This document shows positions 1 to 19,199 of a DNA stretch of 64,000 nt, one piece after another. The stretch is from assembly GCA_002269645.1 (NCBI GenBank), contig NIVC01000061.1, positions 434,001-498,000 on the forward strand, read 5' to 3'. The notes beneath the pieces were generated by a model that was not told the origin of the DNA, ran no database searches, and was given only the letters and a program-made list of their open reading frames with translations. This DNA is from Macrostomum lignano. Its lineage: Eukaryota. A program made the translations under genes and the position numbers. Positions within the stretch are counted from its first letter, which is position 1, and every line of letters begins with the position of its first letter.

Positions 1-690
1 TGTAGGGGCGAATAGATTATTGTAGGGGCGGATAGATTATTGTAGGGGCGGATAGATTATTGTAGGGGCGGATAGATTTTACAGGGGGCGGATAGATTAT
101 TGTAGGGGCGGATAGATTTTACAGGGGGCGGATAGATTCTTGTAGGGGCGGATAGTTTATTGTAGGGGCGGAAAAATTATTTTAGGGGCGGAAAAATTAT
201 TTTAGGGGCGGATAGATTATTGTAGGGGCGGATAGATTCTTGCAGGGGCGAATAGATTCTTGTAGGGACGGATAGATTCTTGTAGGGACGGATAGATTCT
301 TGTAGGGAAGGACAGATTCTTGTAGGGGCGGATATCTTGTAGGAGCAGATAGACCTTTACAGGGGGCGGATAGATTCTTGTAGGGGCGGACAGATTCTTG
401 TAGGGGCGGACAGATTGTTGTAGGGGCGGACAGATTCTTGTAGGGGCGGATAGATTATTGTAAAGGCGGATAGATTTTTGTAGGGGCGAATAGTGGGGGC
501 GGATGTCTTATTGTAGGGGCGGATAGTGGGGCGGATGTCTTATTGTAGGGGCGGATAGTGGGGCGGATGTCTTATTGTAGGGGCGGATAGTGGGGGCGGA
601 TGTGTTATTGTAGGGGCGGATAGTGGGGGCGGATCTCTTATTGTAGGGGCGGATAGTGGGGGCGGATGTCTTATTGTAGGGGCGGATAGT
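1..690. repeat. 20-bp minisatellite (TTGTAGGGGCGGATAGATTA) grading into a ~33-bp composite unit
   Basis: Direct reading of tandem units. Confidence 0.95.
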
Positions 691-796
691 TAATAGGGTC
701 AATAATCATACAAGAAGTCAGGCCAAAAATATTTCAGCACTGTGCAAAACAACACAGCAGGCAAAGTAACGCTAACGCAGCCCCGCCACCGCACTT

Positions 797-7015
<6,219 letters not shown>

Positions 7016-9132
7016 TTCTATTGTCAATAGTGAGATTTTGCCAATCTAGTAATACAACTACAAGTGGTATTTATTTAAAGAATGTCTTTCTTTAAATAAA
7101 TACCACTTTTTCTTTTACCAGCTAATAGCTATCATCATCATGGCATCTTGGTAAATGTTTAAAAAATCTTGATAGCATTTTGCATGCCACTTATTCTATC
7201 CATTTTTAAGTCTGCATGTATATGTTATCCATGTTTTCCTTTTGTTATTTGCTAACTAATCATTATCTTTAATTTCTTATATTTTATACTCATGATATAA
7301 AATCAATAAATGTTGGCTACCTTTTTAGATGGCTAGCTCTTGCTATAGAGCCTAACCTTTAGTGGCTTCCTAATTAATTGAAAATAAGGAAATAGTGACT
7401 AAAGTTAATTAACATAAATATTGTCCTAGACAATATTATCTAGCTATAAATAGATTTAGATATAAAATGAAAAAAAATATTTATAATAATAGAACTATAC
7501 TTAATGATAACTTCAAAGAATAAATATAGATAGTATTGGTTACTTTGGTGATAGTCATTTTGGTAATAGTCACTAGATCAGTTTAGTAAAATTTGTTTTG
7601 AGGTTATCTATTTCAATAAAAACCTTTTTAATACCAAATATATATGGTTCATTGAGTGTTTGTTTACAAGTTTCTTATTAAAAATGTTTTTAAATATTTT
7701 TTATCATTGTATTTATCAAAATTTTAACCTATTTGTTGTTGCCTATGGCTAAGATATGGATACCCCCACGGGGACATTCAAATTCAAAATTCAAACATTG
7801 AAAACATGAAAAAATTGTTTTTAAATACTTGAACCACAACCAATTTTTTTATTGTTCAAAATTTTATACATACTTAGCAACATTGAAAAGTTGCCTATCT
7901 ATGTACCAGTGAGCAATTTCTCTTGGACCATTCTAAAATAAAAGGTATCCATACAACAAAACAAAACTCTTGCATACCTGTACTTAACAATGGCAACCAT
8001 AGATAGAATCTTCTGTAATAACAACTTTTTGATGTGGCTAAGTATATAAGTACACTGTTGTACAACACTAAGCCCTTAATAATGGACATACAAATTAAAA
8101 AATCCTTAAAAACATTAAAAACTTTGTTTTTTTTGAATATTTGACCCACTTCCAATTAGCATAAATTTTATATACCAATTTGCCAAATTAATCTAAATTA
8201 ATTGGGCCCAATAGCCCATATACTACCTCTCTCTACAACAGTGCCATATTGTGTGTATATTGCATTTATAAAATAAGACAAACAAGATCAGAGCAGTTTA
8301 GTGGGTTAGGCTAATAAATTTCAGGCAAGCTTTTCAACCCCTCCCCCATGTACCCACTCTCATAAATCCTCTATCAGACTTGGAGTGCCCATTGAAAGCA
8401 TTAGGCCTAAAAAAATTATTTTTAAAACATTTGATTTGACCTATTTCCCATTTTAATTTTTTATCAAAAAAGTCATGCACGATCTTCAAAAAATTAAACA
8501 TTTTTAAAGCTAATTTGAAAAAATTTGGCCAGATGGTTCTAAGAAAATCAATGACAAACAGACAGCATAAAATTAGTTATAGGGCCTAGTCTATAAGTAT
8601 AGACATCATGACATGCATTTTGATGCATAGTTAAAAATAAAAAAAAATCCTAACTTGCTTCTATGCTGGCATGAGCAATATATGCATTATCCATGTTAGT
8701 GTTAAAAGGCTTAAAAATGTTTCCTTTTAACTTTTAACTTATAACTTTATTTTACTTTTTAGTTTTTGTTGTTCTTTCTCTCTCTTGACCTAGGGCCTAT
8801 AAGGACTAAAAATCTAAAATAATTAAGCTATATTCTGCTATTCTGATATCAAGACCTAAATCTAAAAAATTGACTAGATATAGCATTTTTAAAAAAGTAA
8901 AGTTTCAGGCATAAAAAACTGCAGCTATTTTTTACTGTTCAATTTTTCATCTACACAATCTGCTGAATAAAGGCTAGGCCTAAAGCCTAAAGCTCAATAA
9001 TTTCTATAACGTGGACCTAAGTCGAAGACCAATGACCAGTCACCAATGTCTACATAGAGCAAAATATGTAAAATATGCCCCGTTTTTAATAATGATGCCA
9101 CATTTGTTATGGTCGGTGGTAAATTCCACCAG

Positions 9133-9486
9133 ACTCACATGTCATTCAAAGCAGGGCTGCGCGCTCGGACTACTATTAACGCTAAAGGGCAACGACGACG
9201 TGACTAAGCCTATTTTAAATTTAGTAGCTACATGTTTTAACAAATTATCAGTTTGAAAGCACACTATTCAATATTTAAAAAAAATATATTATTAGTTTTT
9301 ACTGAGATCTAGTTTTATCATATATTCAAAAAACAGCTAATATAATTTAAAATATTTTTTGGCTTTTATTCGAATTCGGCATTTTCAATGAACCACGAGT
9401 CCTAAACTTCGATAAAATAGCATGCGCTCACGAAATTCAATCTAGTTTTTTCATTCGATCCGCAGCTATCCAAAAAAGCGAACGGA
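9133..9486. promoter_or_regulatory. Candidate bidirectional promoter region with a putative non-coding first exon of SRP54
   Basis: Minus-strand GTGAGT donor at 9138-9133 at the edge of a small CpG-containing patch, after about 2 kb of AT-rich DNA. The DOK-like ATG lies about 350 nt away on the + strand. Confidence 0.35.
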
Positions 9487-12288
9487 ATGGACAAGAAAGA
9501 ATTCACATTAATGATTCAAACCAATGCTGTTAAGGGTTCGTCATCCTCGGTAAGAAAAATTGTCAGCTACATGTAAAACGTTTCCTTTAGTTTTTTTCAA
9601 GTGGCAGTCGTACATGTCTGTTGAAGCTTCTTTTCATGTGTGGACCAAGAAAACTTTGAAGGGGGCAACCTATACTAAGCCGTTTCAAAGCTAGTATAAT
9701 GTGTCAAAAAATTTCAAAAAGACAATAATATGTGGAAATACTTTTTGGCTTAGCTGAGTACAATTATTGGCTTGCACTGCATTAATTTGTACATTTTTAG
9801 CATGTACAAGTAATTTTTTAGCACTATGGCTATAAAAGAATACACGATTTTTTTTTTCAATATTCATTGATTTTTCAGACATGGTACCCGGCAACAGTTC
9901 ATGTAGATGAAGCAGCTCGCAAACTTCATATCAGCTATGAGAAATCAACTAAAGCTGCCTCACCGCTAAAGCGACATGAAAGCAGCAGTAGCGGCAGTTC
10001 GGATGGTGTTGGAAAAAACATAACCATTAACCTCGCTGATTTTAAGGAGCCAAAGAAGAAAAGAAAATTTCCACCGCCAAATCAGGTGGTCGGAATTCGC
10101 AATCGCTGGCCAGTAATGCGGTCATCATATTTGTTTTCCATGCAAGACGAAAATGAATTTGTTTTGTTCTTCGAGACGTTGCGCCGAGCTTGCGATGTCG
10201 GGGGGCAAAGAAAACTATCAGTGAGCGCGCCAGGTGTACCTGGTGAACCCCTGCAGCAGCAACAGCCGGATTTGCGGCAAACAGACAGGCACTTGAATCC
10301 GGTGCCATCAATTGACTTTACCGAGTTCAACGGCGGCGAGTATGCAACAGTTGGCGGAGACGAAGAAGTTCAGTTCAACGCGAGCTCCGAGTTTTTCAAC
10401 GTTGAAATTGTTGCTTTTGAGTCTTTCGACAACAGTGGGTTTAAATGGAAATGTTTGATTGCTCATTCCTAAAATGTCTTCCCAGTCAATTTTTTAGCTT
10501 TAGAGGCGTTGAAGGCAAAGACCCCCTACGAAGGCATGTACATGCAAATTATCATGTCTGACGAAGCAGTCACAAATGATTCATTCCACCAATTTCTCTT
10601 CACAATCAATTAATATTAGTTTCTCAGCGCTTAGAATTACAGTAAGTTACATGTACTGTAAATGCTAATCTATGCCATATGCACATTCTAGTATTCTTTT
10701 TAGCACAGCGCAAAACAGGCTCTAAATATTGATCTGACACTGGCCCCTTACTCGTATAATCTTAGAAACTGGAAGATAGTCTCTGAGAAATATCATAGCG
10801 GACCAAGGTGTGTGCTTCTTAGTCTTTGGCTTGAGTGAACATTAAATGATGAGTTTCTACCATAGACATCGCTGCGAAATCGTTAGTCAATGGCAAAGAG
10901 ACTGTAACGCAAAGTTTACGCTCTTTCCTATCGTTTAAAAAGAGAGGCAATAAATTTCTTATAAAAGTTACCCAAAACGAAGTTCCTATTTATGAATACA
11001 AAACGCATTGGCGAGTGCAGGAGAATTGCGTGACGAGTTAAACCTGAGCTAAATTTAGCCAAGAAAGCTTCAAAACAAGTCCTGCAGTTTGTTAGAGCAG
11101 GCCATTCGCGAACAATGGCGCTCTGTGTGCCTGTGATGAACACCCGAACCCCCCCCCCCCCGACACCCTCTCAGATCGGTGCTTCACAGTCCGCCTGGAC
11201 AGCTACGAAGGCTGGCCGGAGGCCCCGACTCGCTTTGGCTTTCACGAGGGCGACAATTTGAAGCTGTACATGGCTGATGGACAGCTGGAACTGCTGAGTG
11301 ATGACGCTCACTGCCGGCTGCTGTGCAGCTGGCCCTACACCAGGATTAAAAGGTTGGGCTTCCCGGATTTTACTAGGCTACCAGTTTACTTCGGTTATCC
11401 GCCCCCCTACTCTTGTGCCCTTTGATTATCCGCCCCCCTCCCCTACTCCTGGGCCCTTCGGATATCCGCCCCTCTAAAAGTCCCTCAGTTATCCGCCCCT
11501 CTAAAAGTCCCCTAGTTATCCGCCCCTCTAAAAGTCCCTCAGTTATCCGCCCCTCTAAAAGTCCCTCAGTTATCCGCCCCTCTAAAAGTCCCTCAGTTAT
11601 CCGCCCCTCTAAAAGTCCCTCAGTTATCCGCCCCTCTAAAAGTCCCTCGGTTATCCGCCCCTCTAAAAGTCCCTTGGTTATCCGCCCCTCTAAAAGTCCC
11701 TCGGATATCCGCCCCTCTAAAAGTTCCTCGGTTATCCGCCCCTCTCGGAGTCCTTGGTTATCCGCCCCTCTCAGAGTAGCTCGGTTATCCACCCCTCTAA
11801 AAGTCCCTCGGTTATCCGCCCCTCTCGGAGTCCTTGGTTATCCGCCCCTCTCAGAGTATCTCAGTTATCCGCCCCTCTATCCTGAGTCCTTTGGCGGTCC
11901 GCTGTCTACCGCTGGGTCCTTTGATTACCCCCCCACATCTTCCCTGGGTCTTTTGGTTCTACGGTGCTACTACAGTCTGTAGGTTCTTCGGTTATCCACC
12001 CCGCACTCCTGGACCCCTTCGGTTATCAGTCCCCTTAGCGACTCCATACTTTATCACAGAGATTAATCTCCAGCAGTCTATGCAGTCCATGCAGCTAATC
12101 AATGCGTTCTACAAAAACTCGCAGTCTGCACATGTGTTGAGCATTGCCGGCTGTGCCAGCCAGATAAAGTGCCAGTGCATAATAGCTTGGCAATAGTTGG
12201 CTAAGTACAAACAGGCTTGCCGAAGTTTAATTGCAAGTCTAAGTTAAGAAACTCGGAGTCATGCTTCTGCTCAAGCTCAAGGATCACC

Positions 12289-12357
<69 letters not shown>

Positions 12358-13897
12358 ATGCTTGTCTATAGAAGAGATTCATTTTTACTAAAACAGCAAC
12401 ACGGAAATTCGGGCTGCCGCGATGAGACAGAGTTTGCCACAGTGTGCACCTGGGGAGCTGTTTACAATGGCTCAGTACTGCATTGACACTGTGAGATGTT
12501 CAGCTCAGTGTACAGCAGTTTGCACTGGGCTATTGTGCACAATTGTCTTCGTCTTGAGTACGGCGCGGTCCCGTGAGCAGAAAATTTACCTGCGGGTTAA
12601 AAATTTTTTTTTGCCACACCTATCGCCCTTCTAGTGAGCTGCCGCTCATTCTGTGGTATTACAGGTATTACAGCTGCAAGGCAAAAATGCAGATATAAAA
12701 GTGAGCAGTCATTTTCACTGCTATTGTAAATGAGCTGGGCTGTGGTGAGGGGGTTTATGAGTGATTTTAATTTGCTCGTATAAGTGCGTTTATAGGTGAG
12801 TGAGTGAGCGAATGGCTTCATTGGGGAGTTTACAAGTTTATGAGTCTATGACTAAGTTCATGAGCGAACTCATGAGGGAGCACCTGCTGGGTGAACCTCT
12901 TGCCTCCTTTTGTACCTTTTTTTCATGAATATACCATATTTGGCATGAGACTTCACATTCCAGTGTACTATAAGTAGTTAGCATTGTTTTTCTAAAAACC
13001 TTTTGCTTTTAAATATCTCAAGTGAATTCCCGGACATTGGTAAATTTTCTAACTACTCACAGTAGACTAAATGCTCATTTTCACAATTTTAACCAATTTT
13101 CGCTCAGCTTCGGTCACATGGCCGACATTGTCCGCATCGAGTTCGGCGCCCGGAGCTGCACCGGCCAGGCGACGTTGCGCTTCAGCTTTTCAGCCGCTCA
13201 CCGCCTCCAGGCCAAGTCCGACTTCGTTGCCGACATGACGGCTCGCCTACAGTCGCCCGCCGCCGCAGTTGCCCAGGAAGGCGGCGGTCGCTGCCCGCGC
13301 TATGCGGCCAACCAGAGCAGCAGCGACAGCGACGACGAAAACGCGGACCCCTCAGCGTTTGATGAAGACAATTACGCGATCGCCACTCCAGACCTCTACG
13401 CCACGGTGACGCAGCCGCAGCCGCAGTCAGAGCCGAAAAGCCCCGTATTTCAGCAGCGCAGGGGCCCGGCGGTCCCGCCGCATCCGACGAATAACGAGGC
13501 GGCGACGACGACGTCGTCGTCGTTGACTTCGGCGGAGCAGCCGCAGCGGCAGCCGCCGCGTCGACCATCTGCACCGGCTGTGCCGCCGCCGCCACCGCCC
13601 TCCGTGCCGCCGCCGCCTCGGCCGCCCCCGCCTGCGCCGCCAGCTGCATCGACGGTGCAGGACTCATCGATTCAACCGACGCCGGTGCAGTCGCCGACGA
13701 CGCCGGTGCCGCTGCCAACGCCGCCAGCGACTCTGCCGAAGCCGTCCCTGGAGCGGCGCTACCTGTCGGTGCCGATCCCGAACTCGGTGTCGCCGACTTC
13801 GGGAAGGTCAGCGTCGGTGGACAACCTGACAGCCGGAGCTGAGCAGGAGGCGGCCGAGGCCAACAGCGGAGTTGAGGTCGCGGGCTCGAATCGGTGA
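9487..13897 (+). CDS. DOK/IRS-like adaptor: PH-like domain, IRS-type PTB domain, Pro-rich Tyr-containing tail
   Basis: Exons 9487-9549 (GTAAG donor), 9879-~10434, an uncertain small exon near 10486/10504-10537, 11175 or 11190-11352, and 13108-13897. Joining the last two gives WPYTRIKSFGHMADIVRIEFGARSCTGQATLRF, which matches the IRS/DOK PTB pattern W-x-Y...FG...E-x-G-R-x-C-x-x-G. The tail has poly-Pro and DNYAI/DLYATV tyrosines. The middle junctions are uncertain. Confidence 0.72.
11395..11880. repeat. 27-bp minisatellite (GTTATCCGCCCCTCTAAAAGTCCCTCA) in a DOK-like intron
   Basis: Direct reading. Confidence 0.95.
12291..12347. repeat. (GA)n microsatellite
   Basis: Direct reading. Confidence 0.98.
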
Positions 13898-15111
13898 TTG
13901 GTGTTAGCAAGGACGCAGCGAAACTTCAAAATTACGGGGAAAAAATTGGCTCGTAATTAAAGGCCGAATTTCTAGAAAATTCTCTGCCTTTCAGCTCAAA
14001 GTTGGTTAATTCAACATTTTACCGTACAGGCAAAACTCCTGTTGTGTTTTTTTCATAAAAGGAACGTGCATTGGATATCGGTCTTGCTGCAGAGAGCAGA
14101 GCTGCTGTTCAGTCGATAAAAGTTTGAGAAGGCAGAGCAGTTGCCGATCCGTGGTTTAAGTTCGTGCGCGGCCACATCATTTGGGAATTGTGGGCACGAA
14201 AATTGGCCAGCGGGTTGCTGTGCGATTCACAGCCATGAGGGCCAGCCCCCAAGGCGCAGAGAATGTACATCCCTGACGATCAGAAAGTCAGGGCTGCGCT
14301 GTACACCCTGTACGAGAGTGTGCATGAGTGCGTGCCTGCGTAATTGCGTTGCGACAGGGTGCCCAAATAAGGAGGGAAGAGCTTATTTACCATGGTCTCA
14401 GCTGTGGTTTGCACTATTACCAAATCTTTGAGTGGAACTACTTGTGAAAGAAGCTCAACAAAAAACAGTGACGCAACGATTCCCTGTCTGTTTAATATGC
14501 TCGCTCATTCTGAAGCAAGATCGGCTTTCAAAAAGTGCATATTTTTCAACTTAAAGTATAGCTCGTACTTTCCTTTAACCAGCAGTCATTGGCTCACAAT
14601 TTTTGCTCAAAAACTCGCCGAAATGATTCTATTGCGTGATATCGATGCCAATTTATATATTTCAATTACCACTCCAGTGACTCCAGTAGTAGATCCGGAC
14701 AGCAGTACATCCGGACGAAAATATCTCATGAAATCCATTAGTATAAGTTGGGATTCATTGAAAACATTTGACTTCCACCGGTACTTGCGATGCGTGGCTA
14801 TACGCAGTCTGATATTATGCTGCATAACTCTTCCTTTTTTCTGCTGATTATTATTTTCGTTGTTTACTTTTGCAAATCTTTACGCGTATTGATCGATTGA
14901 GCGACAATTTTCATCGGGCTGTGTTTTTATTCAAGTGACTTATCGTGATTTTGATTGTAAATCGTGATTGTTTATCTGCTTACGGATAGTTCAGTTGGTG
15001 TTCAATATTAGTTCAATTACTTTAGTTCTTACTGTCTGAATGCTCAGCTCAGCACTCGGTTTTGCGGTTTCGCGAGTATAAAATGAGGGCTCGATTAGAG
15101 TGGCAGTTGGA

Positions 15112-15745
15112 CCGTTGGAGTGAGGAGAGGGTGTTGGAGTGAGGGGTGGGTATTGACGTGAGGTGGGTGCTGGAGTGAGGGGTGGGTTTTTTGGACTTGG
15201 AGTGAGGGAAGGTTGTTGGAGTGAGGGGTGGGTGTTGGAGTGAGGGGTGGGTGCTGGAGTGAAGGGTGGGTGTTGGAGTGAGGGGAGGGTGTTGGAGTGA
15301 GGGGAGTGTGTTGGAGTGAGGGGAGGGTGTTGGAGTGAGGGGTGGGTATTGACGTGAGGTGGGTGCTGGAGTGAGGGGTGGGTTTTGGAGTGAGGGGTGG
15401 GTGCTGGAGTGAGGGGTGGGTATTGACGTGAGGTGGGTGTTGGAGTGAGGGGTGGGTGTTGGAGTGAGGTGTGGGTGTTGGAGTGAGGGGTGGGTATTGA
15501 CGTGAGGTGGGTGTTGGAGTGAGGGGTGGGTTTTGGAGTGAGGGGTGGGTGCTGGAGTGAGGGGTGGGTATTGACGTGAGGTGGGTGTTGGAGTGAGGGG
15601 TGGGTGTTGGAGTGAGGGGTGGGTGTTGGAATGAGGGGTGGGTGTTGGAGTGAGGGGTGGGTGTTGGAGTGAGGGTTGGGTATTGACGTGAGGTGGGTGT
15701 TGGAGTGAGGGGAGGGTGTTGGAGTGAGGTGAGGGTGTTGGAGTG
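15112..15745. repeat. 19-bp G-rich minisatellite (GTTGGAGTGAGGGGTGGGT)
   Basis: Direct reading. Confidence 0.95.
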
Positions 15746-16084
15746 AGGCAAGGACACGAGTACTTGCAAAATTTTCATTTCCACTTCCACTCGAGTAAAT
15801 TGACAGTAAAGAACAAATGTCTGCCTGATATTGCCAGCAAACTGCCAGTAAAAAACTAGTTGGCTTTTTGACACATAGCGTTGGATTTACAATACATTTA
15901 TTTGCTTAAAGAATGCTATGACAACAAACTTATGCAAAACTAAAAAACAAAGTTTGGGACTGCACAAAACAAGACTTGTAAGCAACATTGGATAAGCACA
16001 AAAAGAGTGAAACAGTTAGAGGTATGCATCATAATTGTAGGACAGACTGACATTAAGACACTAAAGTAGACGTTAAGACACAAA

Positions 16085-16180
16085 GACAGACATATAGACA
16101 GACAGACAGACAGACAGACAAATAGACAGACAGACAGACAGACAGACAAAAAGACAGACAGGCAAATAGACAGACAGGCA
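16085..16180. repeat. (GACA)n microsatellite
   Basis: Direct reading. Confidence 0.9.
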
Positions 16181-16850
16181 GACGGGAAGATTATAATGCA
16201 TAAAAGCAGACAAGACGAATTGAGCAGCCACACACTGCTGCAATAAACAATAAACTGTGAAAGCGAACAAGTGCACAAAAATCTGGGTGCTACAAACAAG
16301 CGGACAGATAAAGCTGGGATGTAATTATAAAATCTGAAAATTGTACAGAAGAAATTTGCGGCGCGAGTCCCTCCAGCGCGACGAGGGGAGAGTGTGACAT
16401 TGAAACAGAAAACTAGCCCCCTGCCTGGCACTGGTGCGGAATGAGACTCAAGTTGGGAGAGTGAGACAGGGCACCAGATCCACAAAACACAAGGCGGGCC
16501 GCTCCTTCACTCAATGACACAACTACATCTACAGTCGCCGATCCGCATCTTGTGCATAACAAACAGACCGTGGCCTTGGTTTCTTATGTATCACAGCGTC
16601 AACTTTAACTTTGGGATCCTGAATTTGAACCCCGGTTCAAATTGGCGCCCTTCTATCAATTGTCAAATTTGAGTAAATTTTGAAAATTTTCTACTCTTTT
16701 TTTAGTAGTTTGTCTGCGCAGCGTCACTTGGATTTATTGTGAAAGCTAATTTTTTCCTTACTCGGTGTTTGCGACCTCAAGATATGGGGGTGGGTAAAGA
16801 ATGAACACGCATTTAAATCTATGTACACAAGTGAACGCAAGACAGAAGAA

Positions 16851-17090
16851 ACTCAGCCTAGGGACAGGCCCAATCTAGCTTAGCCAATGAGAGAGCAGGA
16901 AAGAGAGAGGTCTAAGTCAGACAGGCGAGACTCAGCCTAGGCACAGGCCCAATCTGGCTCAGCCAATGAGAGAGCAGTAAGGAGAGAGAGAGAGGTCTAA
17001 GTCAGACAGACGAAACTCAGCCTAGGGACAGGCCCAATCTAGCTCAGCCAATGAGAGATCAGTGAGGAGACGAGAGGTCAAGTCAGACAT
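16851..17090. repeat. Three ~80-bp tandem units, each with two CCAAT motifs
   Basis: Units start at about 16851, 16930 and 17015. Confidence 0.85.
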
Positions 17091-17510
17091 AAGCGGGCAA
17101 GAGAAAAGCCGAAGTGTTTACCGGCCCGGCTCCCTTTCTCTTCTGCTCGCGATGCACACGCACTGGATTTGGGTTTTTCAAGTGTTCTTATAATTCTCAG
17201 TATTAAATTAATTTATCTTTAAATAATTTCGAGCCTGCGGTAATTAATTGGTCTGCTTGTAGAAAGCCGCGCATTTTTTGCGAGTGACATATCCAGTTAT
17301 TTCAGTATCAGTGGTGTAGGGAAAGAGATGTTGGTATGGTAGAATTTGGCGCCCTGAATTCGGACCCAGGATGCCAGATGGCGCTGAGATTCTGACGCTA
17401 TAAAAACCCTGGATCCGGCTCTCTCCCGTCGAATGCTCCAAGATCTGCAACTGAGACAAAAAGCAGACAGATCCAATCAGAGTCAGATAAAACAGCAAGA
17501 TCAACTCCTT

Positions 17511-18620
17511 TTATTCTTTAAAGGGCTTCACATCTGCTTCCATCTCCAGAGCAGGTTGCTGCTGCTGCTGATGCAGTGTCTGCGACTGCGGCTGCTGTGA
17601 CGGCAGAGACTTCAGACCAGCCGCCCGGAACAGGTCGAAGCCGGGCACCACGCGGCCCTCCTGCAGAGGCTTCAGGTAGCGCCTGCGCGCGTTAATGAAC
17701 CAATTGTTCACGGTAGTCTTGCTCAGCTGCGTGTCCCTCGCCAAGGACTCCTTCTGCTCCTCGGACGGGTAGGGCTGGCTGAGGTGCGTGGCGAGCCAGT
17801 GGAACAGCTTGCGCCGGGCTGAGTAGGGCAGGTTCGGCCTGGAACCCCGCCTGATGGAGCACCAGTCCAGCTGCCGGCCTGGCGGTCCGCCTGTCGCCGT
17901 TCCCTGCGGCCTCTCAGTGTTGTGCAGCAGCGACGGCGACTGGCTGTCGACTGCCGGGGTCAGCTGATGGTGATGCAGACTGTGGTGTTGATACTGATGA
18001 GGCTGATGCTGATGCTGATGATGAGGCGGCGGCGGCGGAAGCTGGAACAGCAGCGGACCTCCTCCGGCATTGAGCAGGGGATGTCGCAGCGCGGCCATCG
18101 GCGTTAGGAAGGGCAGCCCGGCTGCTGCGTAGGCCGCTGCCGCCGCGGCTTGCTGTGATATCGGCGGTGTCGCTCCACCAGCTGCTACCGCGGTGGCTGC
18201 GGCGGCGGTGAAGGCGGAAGAAGCGGACTGGAGGATGCCGGCCGCTGGCTGGTGGCACAGGTCCAGCGGGCTCAGCTCCGGGTCTTCATCGTCCTCGTCC
18301 TCACTAGCGGCGTCGTCCAGACCGTCAGTGGGGCTGCGGATGCCGCTGCCGCCCTGGTCGTCCTCGTCTTCTTCGTTGTTGTTGCCGACCTCCTCGACGT
18401 CGCAGTCGGCGGCAGCGGCAGCGGCGGCAGCTTCAGCCGTCTCGCGCTGGGAGCCGCAGGTGGACGAGACGCCCCCCTCGGCAGCGCCGCTGTCGTGGCT
18501 CAGTCGGCCTGGCGCTGGGGGCACCTGGATCGCATCTGCCGCCGTTCCCAAGGCGTTGCTATGCTGAGCAAGCGGCTGATTGGCTGGCTGCTGAATGGGC
18601 AAGTTCGGGTGCGCTCGCAT
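17511..18620 (-). CDS. TALE-class homeodomain protein (MEIS/PREP/TGIF-like homeodomain), single large exon
   Basis: Homeodomain at about 17667-17852: RRGSRPNLPYSARRKLFHWLATHLSQPYPSEEQKESLARDTQLSKTTVNNWFINARRRYLKP, with the PYP loop and WFINARRR. First ATG is at 18620 (the ORF-track start at 18671 is TTG). Ala-, acidic- and His-rich low-complexity N-terminal part. An upstream exon is possible. Confidence 0.9.
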   Translation of the reverse strand: MRAHPNLPIQQPANQPLAQHSNALGTAADAIQVPPAPGRLSHDSGAAEGGVSSTCGSQRETAEAAAAAAAADCDVEEVGNNNEEDEDDQGGSGIRSPTDGLDDAASEDEDDEDPELSPLDLCHQPAAGILQSASSAFTAAAATAVAAGGATPPISQQAAAAAAYAAAGLPFLTPMAALRHPLLNAGGGPLLFQLPPPPPHHQHQHQPHQYQHHSLHHHQLTPAVDSQSPSLLHNTERPQGTATGGPPGRQLDWCSIRRGSRPNLPYSARRKLFHWLATHLSQPYPSEEQKESLARDTQLSKTTVNNWFINARRRYLKPLQEGRVVPGFDLFRAAGLKSLPSQQPQSQTLHQQQQQPALEMEADVKPFKE

Positions 18621-19199
18621 TGGTATGCTTGAAGACAAAGTGTTGAACAATGAGCGCTTGAAGAGTTCCAAACTGGGTTACTGAAACTCGCCTGAATTTC
18701 CTTCTCTTTCTACTTTCAGTAGCGCGTATTGAGATCTGAAAATCGCCCTAACCATAAAAATTGGAGATGTTAAAGAAAAACTCGGCGGGTCCATCATGAT
18801 GAGAGAAAATTTATTTCGAGTTCCGCCGAGCCCCAGTCATGCCGCAGGTGCTAAAATTAGCTCGCTCGGAGACTGTAGCGATTGCGGTGGTTAAACGCTT
18901 GGTTTGTAACAAAATACCCTCAAACACCTGCATAGTCCCAAAAGCGCCGTTGAACAACACCTATGGCTAGTTGGAATTTGCGGCAATTATAATCTGAATC
19001 ACGCGCCGAGTTTTGTTTCTCAGTTTCGCGGCAGAAAAGCCGCTTGCCGTTAGCTTAATCAACAAAAATTGATTTCGAGTTAGCAGGTGTGGACTGTGAC
19101 AGCTGGGCTTTGATCTGGGCTCAATCGGATGTTTTTCTGGCGAAGGCTCTGAAGTAACGGGGGTTGAGGCAACAGCCGCTGAAGAAAAGGGCCAGCAGA

